A stretch of DNA of 64,000 bases, taken from positions 1,862-65,861 of the forward strand of contig JAFRAV010000010.1 of assembly GCA_017405225.1 (NCBI GenBank), in the 5' to 3' direction. Within the stretch, counting starts at the first letter, position 1. Each line of letters starts with the position of its first letter. The position numbers and the translations under genes are program-made. Under the pieces are notes generated by a model that was not told the origin of the DNA, ran no database searches, and saw nothing but the letters and a program-made list of their open reading frames with translations. This DNA comes from Candidatus Saccharimonadota bacterium. GTDB taxonomy: Bacteria; Patescibacteriota; Saccharimonadia; Saccharimonadales; Saccharimonadaceae. Positions 9,289 to 20,078 of the stretch are shown here, in pieces.

Positions 9289-10715
9289 TATTTTTGCTTC
9301 CTTTCAGACGAATATGGTAAATCAAATATAGCCCTAGATAATGTATTAATATTAGTATAGCCATATTTCTTGTCTGGCTCCAAGTATGTTCCTTCTGCCC
9401 ATTCGTTCCAAGCGTTAATAAAGATAAAGCGTTTATCTGGTGGATTTTTTGAGCGTGTGATATTAATAATCATTTTTAGCCAATCATAGAACGTTTTTGG
9501 TGAATAATTTGTAAACACTGTATACCCAGCATCCTTTCTGCGAGCGGAATTGTCCCAGCCCATCGTGGCGGAATAATAAAATGTTAAATTATAAACGTGG
9601 TCTTCATAAATATTAAGCGACGATAGCTTATTGAAGATTATCTTATAATCATATAAAAGCCCAGATGCATTATGAGAGATACTACAATCGTAGAAATTAA
9701 ATGCGTTTGGGGCGAAGTCAAATTCTCCGTCTAGTAATGTATCGCTTTTATAGTCATCATTGAATATATTGCTTTTTGCCCAGACTTCAATTTCGCCAAT
9801 ATTTTCTTTGATAGCCGTGTCTTTCCATTTTTTTACGACAGTCTCAAAATCGGGTATTTCGGCCGGGTTGTATACTAGTATAACTGGCTTATTATCCACT
9901 TTAATGTAGCGAGGATCAAGCAGATATTCCTTAATATCTTTAATGAAGTTTATTGGATCATTTTTACTATATGATTGAGCAATCAAGATATCCTTTTCCT
10001 TGCCATCCCATCGTCGTGTCCAGTTTTCGTTGGCCCAGCATAGACAGAATGGAAAGTTTAAGTCTTTGTTGTTTAGAAAAATGCGCAAAGGTTTCTCCAT
10101 TAGTTTTTTGCCAGAGAACCAATAATAATAGAATGAAAAGCCGTATACCCCATGCTGTTTTGCTAAACGAATTTGTTTTTTTAAGATACCTTTATCATCT
10201 AGCGTGTAATAGCCAAAATCATCATGTGGCTCTCGTGGTTGATAATGTCCATCAAAACGCGGGGTAGCAGAGCGGGTGTTAGTCCATTCGGTAAAGCCCT
10301 CACCCCACCATTTATTATTTTCTGGGAACGTATGAAACTGTGGTAAGTAAAATGCAATTGGTTTGATATCGCTCTTGTATTTAGAAAAATCAAAATTATC
10401 CTCATAGTGGCTAGAATATGATTTGGGTAGTTTTGGTTTGATAGACACCTTTGTTGGGTTAGGCTCGTTGTCTGTAGCTTGTTTAGGCTTTCGCAGGGTT
10501 AATTTTCTAGTTGTATTTATAATTTTCCAACTGCGACTATTTAAAATGTCATTAATGTATTTTTGTTTTGCCTCATTTTCGTTTGTAAGTAATGCAATCT
10601 TGTCAAGCAAAGCTTGGTTTTGTTGGACTAACTGTAAATTCTTTTCAGCTAAAGAATATTTTTCCGTTCTAATTCTGTGGTAATTGGAAATGAGTTTGCC
10701 AGCGTTATTATCCAT
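9288..10715 (-). CDS. WbsX/GH99-like domain protein with N-terminal coiled coil
   Basis: IAFYLPQFH, WWGEGFTEW, FCLCWANENW, INAWNEWAEGTYLEPD. Confidence 0.85.
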   Translation of the reverse strand: MDNNAGKLISNYHRIRTEKYSLAEKNLQLVQQNQALLDKIALLTNENEAKQKYINDILNSRSWKIINTTRKLTLRKPKQATDNEPNPTKVSIKPKLPKSYSSHYEDNFDFSKYKSDIKPIAFYLPQFHTFPENNKWWGEGFTEWTNTRSATPRFDGHYQPREPHDDFGYYTLDDKGILKKQIRLAKQHGVYGFSFYYYWFSGKKLMEKPLRIFLNNKDLNFPFCLCWANENWTRRWDGKEKDILIAQSYSKNDPINFIKDIKEYLLDPRYIKVDNKPVILVYNPAEIPDFETVVKKWKDTAIKENIGEIEVWAKSNIFNDDYKSDTLLDGEFDFAPNAFNFYDCSISHNASGLLYDYKIIFNKLSSLNIYEDHVYNLTFYYSATMGWDNSARRKDAGYTVFTNYSPKTFYDWLKMIINITRSKNPPDKRFIFINAWNEWAEGTYLEPDKKYGYTNINTLSRAIFDLPYSSERKQK

Positions 10716-10754
10716 ACCTTAATTATATCAAATCTATGGTATAATATGAACAAT

Positions 10755-12896
10755 ATGAAGGTGAATATCTATAAATCCGCAATCCGTCGCATTAAAGAAG
10801 CAGATAGGAAGGTGTCTGTCATTATTCCTAATTACAATTATGAGGATTTTATTACTGAACGTATAGATTCTGTTTTGTTTCAAACTTATCCTATTTCTGA
10901 GTTAATTATATTGGATGATGCTTCTACTGATGATAGTGTAGAAGTGATAGAAGATAAGATTATAGAAATCAAAAAAGAATACCCAGAAATCAAAGTGATT
11001 TTTGCCCCAAATAAGAAAAATAGTGGCGGCTGTGTATTCTCACAATGGCAAAAAGGATTGGAGTTAGCATCTGGAGATTATATTTGGATTGCAGAAGCGG
11101 ATGATAGCTGCGATGCACATTTTCTAGAAACCGCAATGAAGAAATTTGCCGAGAAACCAAACACGGTATTATATTATTGTGATTCCTATCGCATTAATCA
11201 AAACAATGTCATTAAGAGTCGCACTTGTACGGATTGGATGGATATGTGGAAGTCTGGTAGATATAGTATGGATTTTTATAACGATGGCAAGGATGAAATT
11301 ATTAATTATCTATCTGGTACAAATCCAATTATGAATGTTTCTAGTGTTGTTTGGAAAAATATCAAACAATTAGACAAAATATTTGAAGAGGCCAAAGAAT
11401 ATAAGGTGGCAGGAGATTGGTATATTTATTCTCGTGTTCTAGAATACGGTGATATTGCTTACAGCGCCAAGCCTCTTAATTATTATCGCAAACACGACAA
11501 AGGCTCTGCTTCTACAGTAGTTAAACTAAATGTAGAGTACGGAGAAGTAGTTGCTGTACAAGAAAGAATTGCAAAAAAATACAAGCTAACAAAAGAGCAA
11601 ATAGAATGGCAAAAAGTAAGGAGACGTGGAATGGGATTTGTAGAGAATGAAGAAAATAATGGCAAGAAGGGAACAATCGCTTGGATAGTACCATGGTTTT
11701 CTAAAGGCTCTGGTGGGCACAGGACAATTTTTACAAATCTCAACCATCTGGTAGAGCATGGATACAAATGTGATATGTATGTCCAAAGTCTAAAAAAGGA
11801 ATATCCAAATCAAATCTATGACCGCATAAAAGAGGACTACGGCGAGTTTAAGGGTGATGTGTTTGCTGGTTATCAGCTAGCCAAAAAATACGATATGGTG
11901 ATAGCTACTGGTTGGGATACGGCAGAAACCGTTGCTAAAGCTGATTGCAACAACAAAATGTATTTTATCCAAGATTTTGAGCCATGGTTCTTCCCAATGA
12001 GCACAGAATATATGATGGCAGAGCAGACTTATTCTTATGGGCTTCAGGGTATAACTATTGGCAAGTGGCTTTCCTCTAAAATTGGTAGTAATTATCCTAC
12101 GCCTACTACTTATTTTAACTTTTGTGCAGATCTAAGCAAATATCATAAATTAAAGGATGTAAAAAAAGAAAAAGCAATTTGTTTGATTTTTCAGCCGGGT
12201 AAGCCTCGCCGTTGTGATAAGCTAGCGCTTCGTGCCTTGCAAATTGCTCAAACTATAGATCCAGAAATCAAAGTGTATTTATATGGCTCCGCTCGTCGCA
12301 AGGTTCACAACCTAAAAGCTACTCACCTTGGAACTATCACAGAAAAGGAATGTAACAGACTTTACAACAAGTGCACCGTTGGGCTTTGTATGAGTGCATC
12401 CAACCCATCACGCATTCCGTTTGAGATGATGGCGGCTGGACTTCCGGTAGTGGAGTTGTATCACGAGAACAATTTATACGATCTACCAGAAGACGGATGC
12501 CTCTTAGCGGAGCCAAATCCAGAAGCTATTGCTACTGCAATTCTAAAAATCTTTGGCGATAGCAAATTGCAAAAGTCCATGAGCGAGGCGGGATATAAAT
12601 ATATGCAAGACTATCCAATAGAAAAGGGCTACCAGCAATTTGTAGATATTATTGATAAAAAATTTGCCGGTAAAAATATTCCAAATGAGGCTAATACTAT
12701 TAAGAAGAGCTATAAACGTGATGCTATCAAAGCATCAAAAGAAACAACCGTAACTGGGAATACACTTACAAAACAAGTATCATTTAGTGATCTTCCATCT
12801 GCTTCTGAGCTTATTAAGGCAAGTTTTTCTCGCCGTGCTGTGCGTAAGGCCAAGAGACTAGTGAAGAAGACATATCATTTTATCAAGGATGCATAA
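10755..12896 (+). CDS. Fused GT2 + WsaF-like GT4 glycosyltransferase (probable rhamnosyltransferase)
   Basis: N-terminal VIIPNYNY/LDDASTD/IAEADD; C-terminal GSGGHRTIF, YFIQDFEPWF, SNPSRIPFEMMAAG; start moved to the ATG downstream of TGGTATAAT. Confidence 0.8.
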   Translation: MKVNIYKSAIRRIKEADRKVSVIIPNYNYEDFITERIDSVLFQTYPISELIILDDASTDDSVEVIEDKIIEIKKEYPEIKVIFAPNKKNSGGCVFSQWQKGLELASGDYIWIAEADDSCDAHFLETAMKKFAEKPNTVLYYCDSYRINQNNVIKSRTCTDWMDMWKSGRYSMDFYNDGKDEIINYLSGTNPIMNVSSVVWKNIKQLDKIFEEAKEYKVAGDWYIYSRVLEYGDIAYSAKPLNYYRKHDKGSASTVVKLNVEYGEVVAVQERIAKKYKLTKEQIEWQKVRRRGMGFVENEENNGKKGTIAWIVPWFSKGSGGHRTIFTNLNHLVEHGYKCDMYVQSLKKEYPNQIYDRIKEDYGEFKGDVFAGYQLAKKYDMVIATGWDTAETVAKADCNNKMYFIQDFEPWFFPMSTEYMMAEQTYSYGLQGITIGKWLSSKIGSNYPTPTTYFNFCADLSKYHKLKDVKKEKAICLIFQPGKPRRCDKLALRALQIAQTIDPEIKVYLYGSARRKVHNLKATHLGTITEKECNRLYNKCTVGLCMSASNPSRIPFEMMAAGLPVVELYHENNLYDLPEDGCLLAEPNPEAIATAILKIFGDSKLQKSMSEAGYKYMQDYPIEKGYQQFVDIIDKKFAGKNIPNEANTIKKSYKRDAIKASKETTVTGNTLTKQVSFSDLPSASELIKASFSRRAVRKAKRLVKKTYHFIKDA

Positions 12897-12899
12897 AAA

Positions 12900-13760
12900 A
12901 TGAGGGGTGCGGATAATAAAAAAACTGTTACAGTAATTTTGCCAAATTATAACTATGTTAAATACATAGATGACAGAATTGATGAGATAATTAATCAAAC
13001 TTATCCTGTGTCAGAAATCGTTATACTAGATGACGCATCAGATGATGGTAGCGTGCAAAAAATTGAACAGAGAGTTAAGAATCTGCGTGCGGAATATCCA
13101 GAGTTAAAGATTCAGACGGTGTTTAACAAAAAGAACTCTGGTAATGTATTCTCTCAGTGGGCCAAGGGGATTAATTTAGCGACCAGTGACTATATTTGGA
13201 TAGCAGAGATGGACGATTCGGCCAAGCCAAAATTTTTGGAAAAACTAATAAGGAGTTTTGATGATGAAGATGTGGTTTTTGCATATTCAAACTCAAAATT
13301 AGTTAATCAGAATAATAAACCACTAGTAAGAGAGAATCTTCGCAAAGTCAAAGATTTCTTTCGTAAGAAACATTCATGTGGTAGTTATACAGTTAGTGGC
13401 CAAAAGGAAATGAATAAAAATCTTGCTATTTACAATTCAATTCCAAATGTATCCGCTGTAGTGTTTAAAAACCGTTCCGTTCTAGACGATTATCTAAAAG
13501 AGGCAAAAAAATACGTTCTATGCGGAGATTGGTATTTTTATTTGCGTGTGGCAAATGAGGGAAAGATTCATTATTGTAGTAAAAAGTTAAATATTCATCG
13601 TATTCATGAAAAAAGCGTAACCAAAAGAACGAGTCTCCGCGAGCGATTTAAGGAAACCCAGAGAGTGCATGAATATGCACTAAAAAACTACAATTTATCA
13701 GAAAAAGCAAAGAAGCGCATGATTCAACTAGAAGCAAAACTTGCGGAAAAGTGGCACTAA
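12900..13760 (+). CDS. Glycosyltransferase family 2, paralog of the preceding GT2 domain
   Basis: VILPNYNY, LDDASDD, VFSQWAKG, IAEMDD, GDWYFY. Confidence 0.9.
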   Translation: MRGADNKKTVTVILPNYNYVKYIDDRIDEIINQTYPVSEIVILDDASDDGSVQKIEQRVKNLRAEYPELKIQTVFNKKNSGNVFSQWAKGINLATSDYIWIAEMDDSAKPKFLEKLIRSFDDEDVVFAYSNSKLVNQNNKPLVRENLRKVKDFFRKKHSCGSYTVSGQKEMNKNLAIYNSIPNVSAVVFKNRSVLDDYLKEAKKYVLCGDWYFYLRVANEGKIHYCSKKLNIHRIHEKSVTKRTSLRERFKETQRVHEYALKNYNLSEKAKKRMIQLEAKLAEKWH

Positions 13761-15580
13761 ATTAAGTGTTTGTTCTTTGCTTCTTCTATTCTATCTCTAA
13801 AGATGGTTGTTTGTTCTGGATATAAACTATCATAATAATCGCGAATTTTGTCATAATCATCCGCAGTCAGCTCGGACGTGCGGTAATAGATTTTTACAGT
13901 AATACCGTTTGTTATTTGGAACTCTTTTGTATCTTTTTCGTAGTGACGGCCAAGATACGAATTGTTGTCTTGGATTTGTTCACCCAAATAGGTGATAATT
14001 TGTTGTGAGCCATCAAGAAGATGTGTGCCAATAGGGCTAGTAGTGACAATAATATTAGAGTCAAAGAATACATTGGCTGGAAACCCATCTCTTAAATCTA
14101 CATCGTGGCTCTTGACTAAGCCGTCTACGGCATTATCTTTTGCTGGACGATCCATTACCATAAGTGTGTCAGAATTAAAATAGATACCACTAGATAATAC
14201 ATAAATAATTTTGTCATCCTTCTTTATGCTATTAAGGTAGTCCCTAATTGCTCTAATGGTGCTAATATCATCGCGATGCAGAGTGTTTTCATAATGAAGC
14301 TGAAATGCGGCAGAGATAGGCTTTGTGAATTTGAATATGCGAGACGAAAGGCAGCTAAGAGAGCCAACAATTAAGAGGGCTACGCATATTATTTTTAGAG
14401 CTAGTTTCTTTTTTATGGTAAATAGATACGATAGGGAGAGGAATAATAGGATATAAACCTGTGGAGTGATTGTATAAATATGATGACCGTCCATGCTTTG
14501 GACGCGGAAGAACAAAAGTGCAATTATGATAAATGAGAATAAACAGAAAAATGATATTTTTGTGTTTCGTTTTTTGACAAAAGAGTAGATGGCGCCAATA
14601 ATTGAAATACTAAGAATAATGATTCCAAAGTGCCATACCACCTCTAATATTTTGTGCATAAACGTGTTATTGTAGGCGGAGTATAATTCGGCATAATTTT
14701 CTCCCATAATTCTGAAAATAAGTCCAGAGAAGAAACCAAGTAGAATAATAATAGCCGGGATAGCTATACAGAGACCATTCAATAGAACGTTTTTGACAAG
14801 AGTTTTGATTTTTTCTTTTTTCCGGTTAATTATAATCATGTAAATACAGTAAATAATCATAGTTATTGCATAACCAATAACAAAGAATGCTGCGTATCTC
14901 CTAAATAAAAAGGTCATGGCGAGTAGAATACCAATAAGTAATCCTTTTGTAATCTGCCCACGAATAGATTTGAGAGGATTATATGACAAAGTGATGGCAA
15001 ATATTAACGTGATTGGAACCATAATTGCGACATCAATATAACCCTGAAGAATACAGATGAGCGGGACAGATAAACTTGTGATAGCTAGTATTCCCACCAA
15101 AAATGTACGATTCTGGTTTTTGTTTTTCTCTGAGATTTTCATAAAAATACATAGCAGAATAAATATTGCTGGTACAAAGAATAATAGATAATTGATGCTT
15201 GCATATCGCAGAAAGGTATTACCAAAGATTTTTAGTGGGAGGCTAATAATTGTAGGAAGAATAAGATTATAATCAGACTCAATAATGGATTTTCCTAAAT
15301 CCTGCATTGCATCGTTTGGGGTAGAAAATAATTTATCGGTATGTTTGTAGCTCCATACCCAATATCCGCCACTATCCCAGGCGTATATTCCAGAGTTACG
15401 AGATGATATATGAATTACGGCAAACAATCCAACTAAGGCCACTAAAGCAAAAGTAATCAGCTGCCACTTTTTGAAATGTTTTTTGATGAATCCTTTGCCA
15501 AAAGCAAAGCGAAATGAAATAGCAACAATAGTAAAAAACCCAATCAAGAAAGCTGAGCTTATTAATAACGATTTTATCAT
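13757..15580 (-). CDS. Polytopic membrane protein, GT-C-like
   Basis: Many TMs; AWDSGGYW acidic loop after the first helices; SD AAGGAGG. Confidence 0.55.
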   Translation of the reverse strand: MIKSLLISSAFLIGFFTIVAISFRFAFGKGFIKKHFKKWQLITFALVALVGLFAVIHISSRNSGIYAWDSGGYWVWSYKHTDKLFSTPNDAMQDLGKSIIESDYNLILPTIISLPLKIFGNTFLRYASINYLLFFVPAIFILLCIFMKISEKNKNQNRTFLVGILAITSLSVPLICILQGYIDVAIMVPITLIFAITLSYNPLKSIRGQITKGLLIGILLAMTFLFRRYAAFFVIGYAITMIIYCIYMIIINRKKEKIKTLVKNVLLNGLCIAIPAIIILLGFFSGLIFRIMGENYAELYSAYNNTFMHKILEVVWHFGIIILSISIIGAIYSFVKKRNTKISFFCLFSFIIIALLFFRVQSMDGHHIYTITPQVYILLFLSLSYLFTIKKKLALKIICVALLIVGSLSCLSSRIFKFTKPISAAFQLHYENTLHRDDISTIRAIRDYLNSIKKDDKIIYVLSSGIYFNSDTLMVMDRPAKDNAVDGLVKSHDVDLRDGFPANVFFDSNIIVTTSPIGTHLLDGSQQIITYLGEQIQDNNSYLGRHYEKDTKEFQITNGITVKIYYRTSELTADDYDKIRDYYDSLYPEQTTIFRDRIEEAKNKHLI

Positions 15581-15667
15581 CGCGACCTCCTTTAAATCTA
15601 TAGTATCATATCTTGGAAACGGAGTAAAAATATGCTATAATTATACCTATAACTATAGGAGTTTTTC

Positions 15668-16552
15668 ATGAAAGGAATTATTCTAGCCGGCGGTTCTGGA
15701 ACTAGGCTATATCCACTAACACTTGCTACATCTAAGCAGATGTTGCCAGTCTATGATAAACCAATGATTTATTACCCACTTGCTACGTTAATGTTGGCTG
15801 GGATTCGTGATATTTTAATCATTTCTACCCCAAATGATTTGCCAAATTTTGAAAGGCTTCTAGGTGATGGTTCCAAGATGGGAATCAAGCTTTCTTACAA
15901 AGTCCAGCCTTCTCCGGATGGTCTTGCTCAGGCGTTTACTTTGGGAGAGGAATTTATTAATGGTGAGCCTTGTGCTATGATTCTTGGCGACAACATCTTT
16001 TATGGCCGTGGATTCACTGAATCTCTGAAACAAGCTGTAAGGAACGCAGAGCAAGGGCGCGCTACAGTTTTTGGCTATTATGTTACAGATCCAGAGCGTT
16101 TTGGAGTAGTAGAATTTGATGACAATTGGCATGCGCTTTCTATTGAGGAAAAACCAGAAAATCCAAAAAGTAATTACGCTGTGACGGGCCTATACTTTTA
16201 TCCAGCAGGAGTTTCAGAAAATGCCAAAACTATTGTTCCGTCTGCTCGTGGTGAATTGGAAATTACATCTCTTAATGAAATATATCTTAACAATGGCTCG
16301 CTAGATGTCCAGGTGCTAGGTCGTGGATTTGCCTGGCTTGATACTGGTACTATGGACTCACTAGCAGATGCGTCAGATTTTGTGCGTGTTATTCAAAAGC
16401 GTCAAGGTATAGAAATTTCTGCTCCAGAAGAAATAGCTTATAATAATGGTTGGATTTCTAAAGAAGAGCTCCTTGAATCTGCTGCAAAATACGGTAAATC
16501 TAGCTATGGCCAGCATCTTAAAAATGTAGTAGAAAGGAGAATCAAGGAATAA
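15668..16552 (+). CDS. rfbA: Glucose-1-phosphate thymidylyltransferase RmlA
   Basis: [39 protein letters not shown]. Confidence 0.97.
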   Translation: MKGIILAGGSGTRLYPLTLATSKQMLPVYDKPMIYYPLATLMLAGIRDILIISTPNDLPNFERLLGDGSKMGIKLSYKVQPSPDGLAQAFTLGEEFINGEPCAMILGDNIFYGRGFTESLKQAVRNAEQGRATVFGYYVTDPERFGVVEFDDNWHALSIEEKPENPKSNYAVTGLYFYPAGVSENAKTIVPSARGELEITSLNEIYLNNGSLDVQVLGRGFAWLDTGTMDSLADASDFVRVIQKRQGIEISAPEEIAYNNGWISKEELLESAAKYGKSSYGQHLKNVVERRIKE

Positions 16553-17118
16553 TGAGTAATTTTACTTTTGAAAAAACCAAGATAGAAGGCGTCTACATTA
16601 TCACCCCAAAGGTTTTTGGCGATGAGCGTGGCTATTTTATGGAAACATATAGTGAAAAGGATTTTAAGGAGGCTGGACTTGATTATAGATTTGTTCAAGA
16701 TAATCAATCTAGCTCCAAAAAAGGCGTACTCCGTGGTTTGCATTTCCAAAAAATTCATCCGCAAGCCAAACTTGTGCGCGTATTAAAAGGTGAGGTATTT
16801 GACGTAGCAGTAGATTTGCGCGAAGGTAGCTCTACTTATGGGCAGTGGGTTGGTGCAAAGCTTTCTGGCGAAAATAAGCAACAGCTTATGATTCCACGTG
16901 GATTTGCACACGGCTTTCTAGTACTTAGCGATATGGCGGAGTTTGCTTATAAATGTGATGATTTTTATCATCCAGAGGAAGAAGGTGGTTTGATGTATAA
17001 TGATGCAGAGATTGGTATAGAATGGCCAGAAATTGATGTTGACTATACCCTTAGTGAGAAAGACCAAAAACATCCTACGCTAAATGAATCAGGCATAACA
17101 TTTAAGGAGGAAAAATAA
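16552..17118 (+). CDS. rfbC: dTDP-4-dehydrorhamnose 3,5-epimerase RmlC
   Basis: FGDERGYFME, FVQDNQS, GVLRGLHFQ, IPRGFAHGF. Confidence 0.97.
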   Translation: MSNFTFEKTKIEGVYIITPKVFGDERGYFMETYSEKDFKEAGLDYRFVQDNQSSSKKGVLRGLHFQKIHPQAKLVRVLKGEVFDVAVDLREGSSTYGQWVGAKLSGENKQQLMIPRGFAHGFLVLSDMAEFAYKCDDFYHPEEEGGLMYNDAEIGIEWPEIDVDYTLSEKDQKHPTLNESGITFKEEK

Positions 17119-18128
17119 TGGCAGCAAAAACAATCGTAGTCACAGGTGGTGCTGGTTTTATTGGCTCTAATTTTGTCTACTACATGCTAAATAAATATCC
17201 AGATTATCGTATTATTTGCGTGGATTGCTTAACTTATGCTGGTAATATCCACACATTACGTAAAGCAAAGAATAATCCTAATTTCCGTTTTGCCAAAATC
17301 AATATTTGCGACAAGCCAGCAATCAAGGCCTTATTTGAAGAAGAAAAGCCAGATATCGTGGTAAACTTTGCAGCAGAGAGCCATGTAGATCGCTCTATCA
17401 CAGGTCCAGAGATTTTTGTAGAAACCAACGTTCGCGGTACTCAAGTATTGATGGAGGTATGCCGCGAGCTAAATATCCCACGTTTCCATCAGGTATCTAC
17501 TGATGAGGTCTATGGCGATTTGCCGTTAGACAGGCCAGACCTATTCTTCACAGAAAAAACTCCACTTCATGCTAGTAGCCCATATAGTGCATCCAAAGCT
17601 GGTGCAGATATGCTTGTAATGGCATATTGTAGAACGTTTAATTTCCCAGCTACTATATCTCGTTGTTCTAATAACTATGGCCCATATCATTTTCCAGAAA
17701 AGCTAATCCCACTAATGATTATTAATGCTCTCCACGATAAGCCACTTCCTGTTTATGGCGATGGCAAAAACGTCCGTGACTGGCTATATGTAGAAGATCA
17801 CTGCCGAGCGATTGATTTAATAATTCATGATGGCAAGATTGGCCAAGTATACAATGTTGGCGGTCATAACGAGATGGCGAATATTGATATTGTAAAACTA
17901 ATCTGCAAAGAGCTTGGCAAGAGCGAAGATTTAATAGAATTTGTAGAGGACCGCAAAGGTCACGATCGTCGTTACGCCATTGATCCAACTTTTATTCATG
18001 ACGAGCTAGGTTGGCTGCCAGAAACAAAATTTGAAGATGGAATCAAGAAAACCATCAAATGGTATGTAGACAATGAAGCTTGGTGGCAGGATATTTTATC
18101 TGGAAATTATCAAAAAGAGGAGGACTAA
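17118..18128 (+). CDS. rfbB: dTDP-glucose 4,6-dehydratase RmlB
   Basis: TGGAGFIGSNF, FAAESHVDRSI, STDEVYG, YSASK, RCSNNYGP. Confidence 0.97.
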   Translation: MAAKTIVVTGGAGFIGSNFVYYMLNKYPDYRIICVDCLTYAGNIHTLRKAKNNPNFRFAKINICDKPAIKALFEEEKPDIVVNFAAESHVDRSITGPEIFVETNVRGTQVLMEVCRELNIPRFHQVSTDEVYGDLPLDRPDLFFTEKTPLHASSPYSASKAGADMLVMAYCRTFNFPATISRCSNNYGPYHFPEKLIPLMIINALHDKPLPVYGDGKNVRDWLYVEDHCRAIDLIIHDGKIGQVYNVGGHNEMANIDIVKLICKELGKSEDLIEFVEDRKGHDRRYAIDPTFIHDELGWLPETKFEDGIKKTIKWYVDNEAWWQDILSGNYQKEED

Positions 18129-19018
18129 TGAGGGTATTAGTAACTGGTACTTCTGGACAACTTGGCCATGATGTGATGCTTGAGTTAATCAAGCGTGGAT
18201 ATGAGGGGCTAGGCGCAGATCGTTCAGCTAGTGACAAAACAGAATATAAAACTACGGTTATGGATATAACCGATGCTGATGCAGTAAATCGCGTGATAGA
18301 AGAATACCAGCCAGATGCAGTAATACATTGTGCGGCTTGGACTAATGTTGATGGTGCAGAAGACCCAGCAAATCAAGTAGCTGTACGCAAAGTAAATGTA
18401 GATGGTACCGCAAACATTGCTAAGGCTTGTAAAAAAGTTGGCGCAAAAATGGTTTATATCTCCACTGACTATGTCTTTAATGGTCAGGGAACTGAGCCGT
18501 GGCAACCAGATGATAAAAACTATGCTCCACTTAATGTTTATGGCCAAAGCAAATTAGACGGAGAAAAAGCGGTTACTGAGAATACGGACAATTATTTTAT
18601 CGTACGTATCGCATGGGTGTTTGGCAAAAATGGCAAAAACTTTGTTAAGACAATGCTTGGTGTTGGCAAAACACATCCAGAAGTTCGTGTAGTAAACGAC
18701 CAAATTGGTACACCTACCTATACGCCAGACTTAGCTAGATTACTTGTTGATATGATAGAAACTGATAAATATGGATTTTATCATGCGACTAACGAAGGTG
18801 GATATATTAGCTGGGCAGATTTTACAGAAGAAATATTCAAACAAGCTGGCATAAACTCAAAGGTGATTCCTGTTACTACGGAAGAATACGGCATCTCTGT
18901 AGCTGCACGTCCGTTTAATTCGCGCTTGGACAAATCAAAATTAAAAGACAGCGGTTTTGAGCCACTACCTACATGGCAAGATGCACTTAGCCGTTATCTA
19001 AAAGAATTGGATAATTAA
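18128..19018 (+). CDS. rfbD: dTDP-4-dehydrorhamnose reductase RmlD
   Basis: VTGTSGQLG, HCAAWTNVDGAE, STDYVF, YGQSK; start at the TAATG overlap with rfbB. Confidence 0.95.
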   Translation: MRVLVTGTSGQLGHDVMLELIKRGYEGLGADRSASDKTEYKTTVMDITDADAVNRVIEEYQPDAVIHCAAWTNVDGAEDPANQVAVRKVNVDGTANIAKACKKVGAKMVYISTDYVFNGQGTEPWQPDDKNYAPLNVYGQSKLDGEKAVTENTDNYFIVRIAWVFGKNGKNFVKTMLGVGKTHPEVRVVNDQIGTPTYTPDLARLLVDMIETDKYGFYHATNEGGYISWADFTEEIFKQAGINSKVIPVTTEEYGISVAARPFNSRLDKSKLKDSGFEPLPTWQDALSRYLKELDN

Positions 19019-19024
19019 GTAATT

Positions 19025-20065
19025 ATGGTGGATACCAAATCAGACACTACCAAGAACAATTTTGATGAGGAGGAAATAACTACCTCTCCAAGAGTGTCTG
19101 TTTTGGTGTTTGTTTACCAGAATGATCCAAATCTGATTGATTGTATGCGTACACTCCATAATCAAATTTTAGATGATATGGAAATAATTGTTCTAGTACA
19201 TTATCAAGATGAGCGCTCTCAGGAAATAATCAATGATTATTCCAAGCGCGATTCAAGATTTAGAATGATTTTATGTAAATATTCTGATTACGCCAAGACA
19301 ATGAACAGTGCTATTAACCTGACCAAAGCAGAGTATGTTGGATTTCTTCACTCTAGTGATTTTATTGATCCGGAAATGTTTATAGAATTGTTTGCGCTTG
19401 CCAAGAAGCACGATGCCGACGTTGTCAGGTGTAATTATTATGATTTTTGTGACGGTAAAAATAATCTACACGAGGCGGTACTAGACGAAGAGTCTGGTTA
19501 TGTTATAGATACAACAGAGGATACTCATATTTTTTACGAGCCGGCAATTGTCTGGGCTGGGCTATACAAAGTAAGTTTTCTAAAAAAAGAAAATATCCAA
19601 TTCCTAGAGGGAATTATCCCAACATACTTAGATGCTAGCTTCCATATAAAATCTCTTACAGCTGGCGGAGCAGTGGTATTATCTGACAAAGCCTATTACC
19701 ACCATCGCGCAACCGATAGCAATTCCATTATCAAATCAGAGGATGTATATCTGCTTGTAAATGAGGAATTTGCAGATATAGAGAGGTTTTTAAGGAAAAG
19801 AAAAATCATGGATACTTATGGTAGAATTTTGCAGCCTATTAAATTTGTAAATTACTATGATAATTTAATGCGATTACCAGAAAGCCAGCTAGAAAAATAT
19901 GCTTTGCGTGTGCGTGCAGAAATGCATGATGCAGACGTAAAAAATATGGTTTTGAAGGGGTATTTCCCAAAGGAAAGCTGGAAAAATCTGCGCAACATAC
20001 TGAAGATGCCTCCACAAGTATTTATGCTTCAATTAAAAAAACAAATAAAATCAAAGAGAAAGTAA
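19025..20065 (+). CDS. GT2-fold protein with degenerate catalytic motifs
   Basis: GT2 overall pattern (PRVSV, DADVVRCNYY, WAGLYK); DDGS replaced by VHYQD and FLDSDD by FLHSSD. Confidence 0.7.
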   Translation: MVDTKSDTTKNNFDEEEITTSPRVSVLVFVYQNDPNLIDCMRTLHNQILDDMEIIVLVHYQDERSQEIINDYSKRDSRFRMILCKYSDYAKTMNSAINLTKAEYVGFLHSSDFIDPEMFIELFALAKKHDADVVRCNYYDFCDGKNNLHEAVLDEESGYVIDTTEDTHIFYEPAIVWAGLYKVSFLKKENIQFLEGIIPTYLDASFHIKSLTAGGAVVLSDKAYYHHRATDSNSIIKSEDVYLLVNEEFADIERFLRKRKIMDTYGRILQPIKFVNYYDNLMRLPESQLEKYALRVRAEMHDADVKNMVLKGYFPKESWKNLRNILKMPPQVFMLQLKKQIKSKRK

Positions 20066-20078
20066 CTTTGTTATATTT

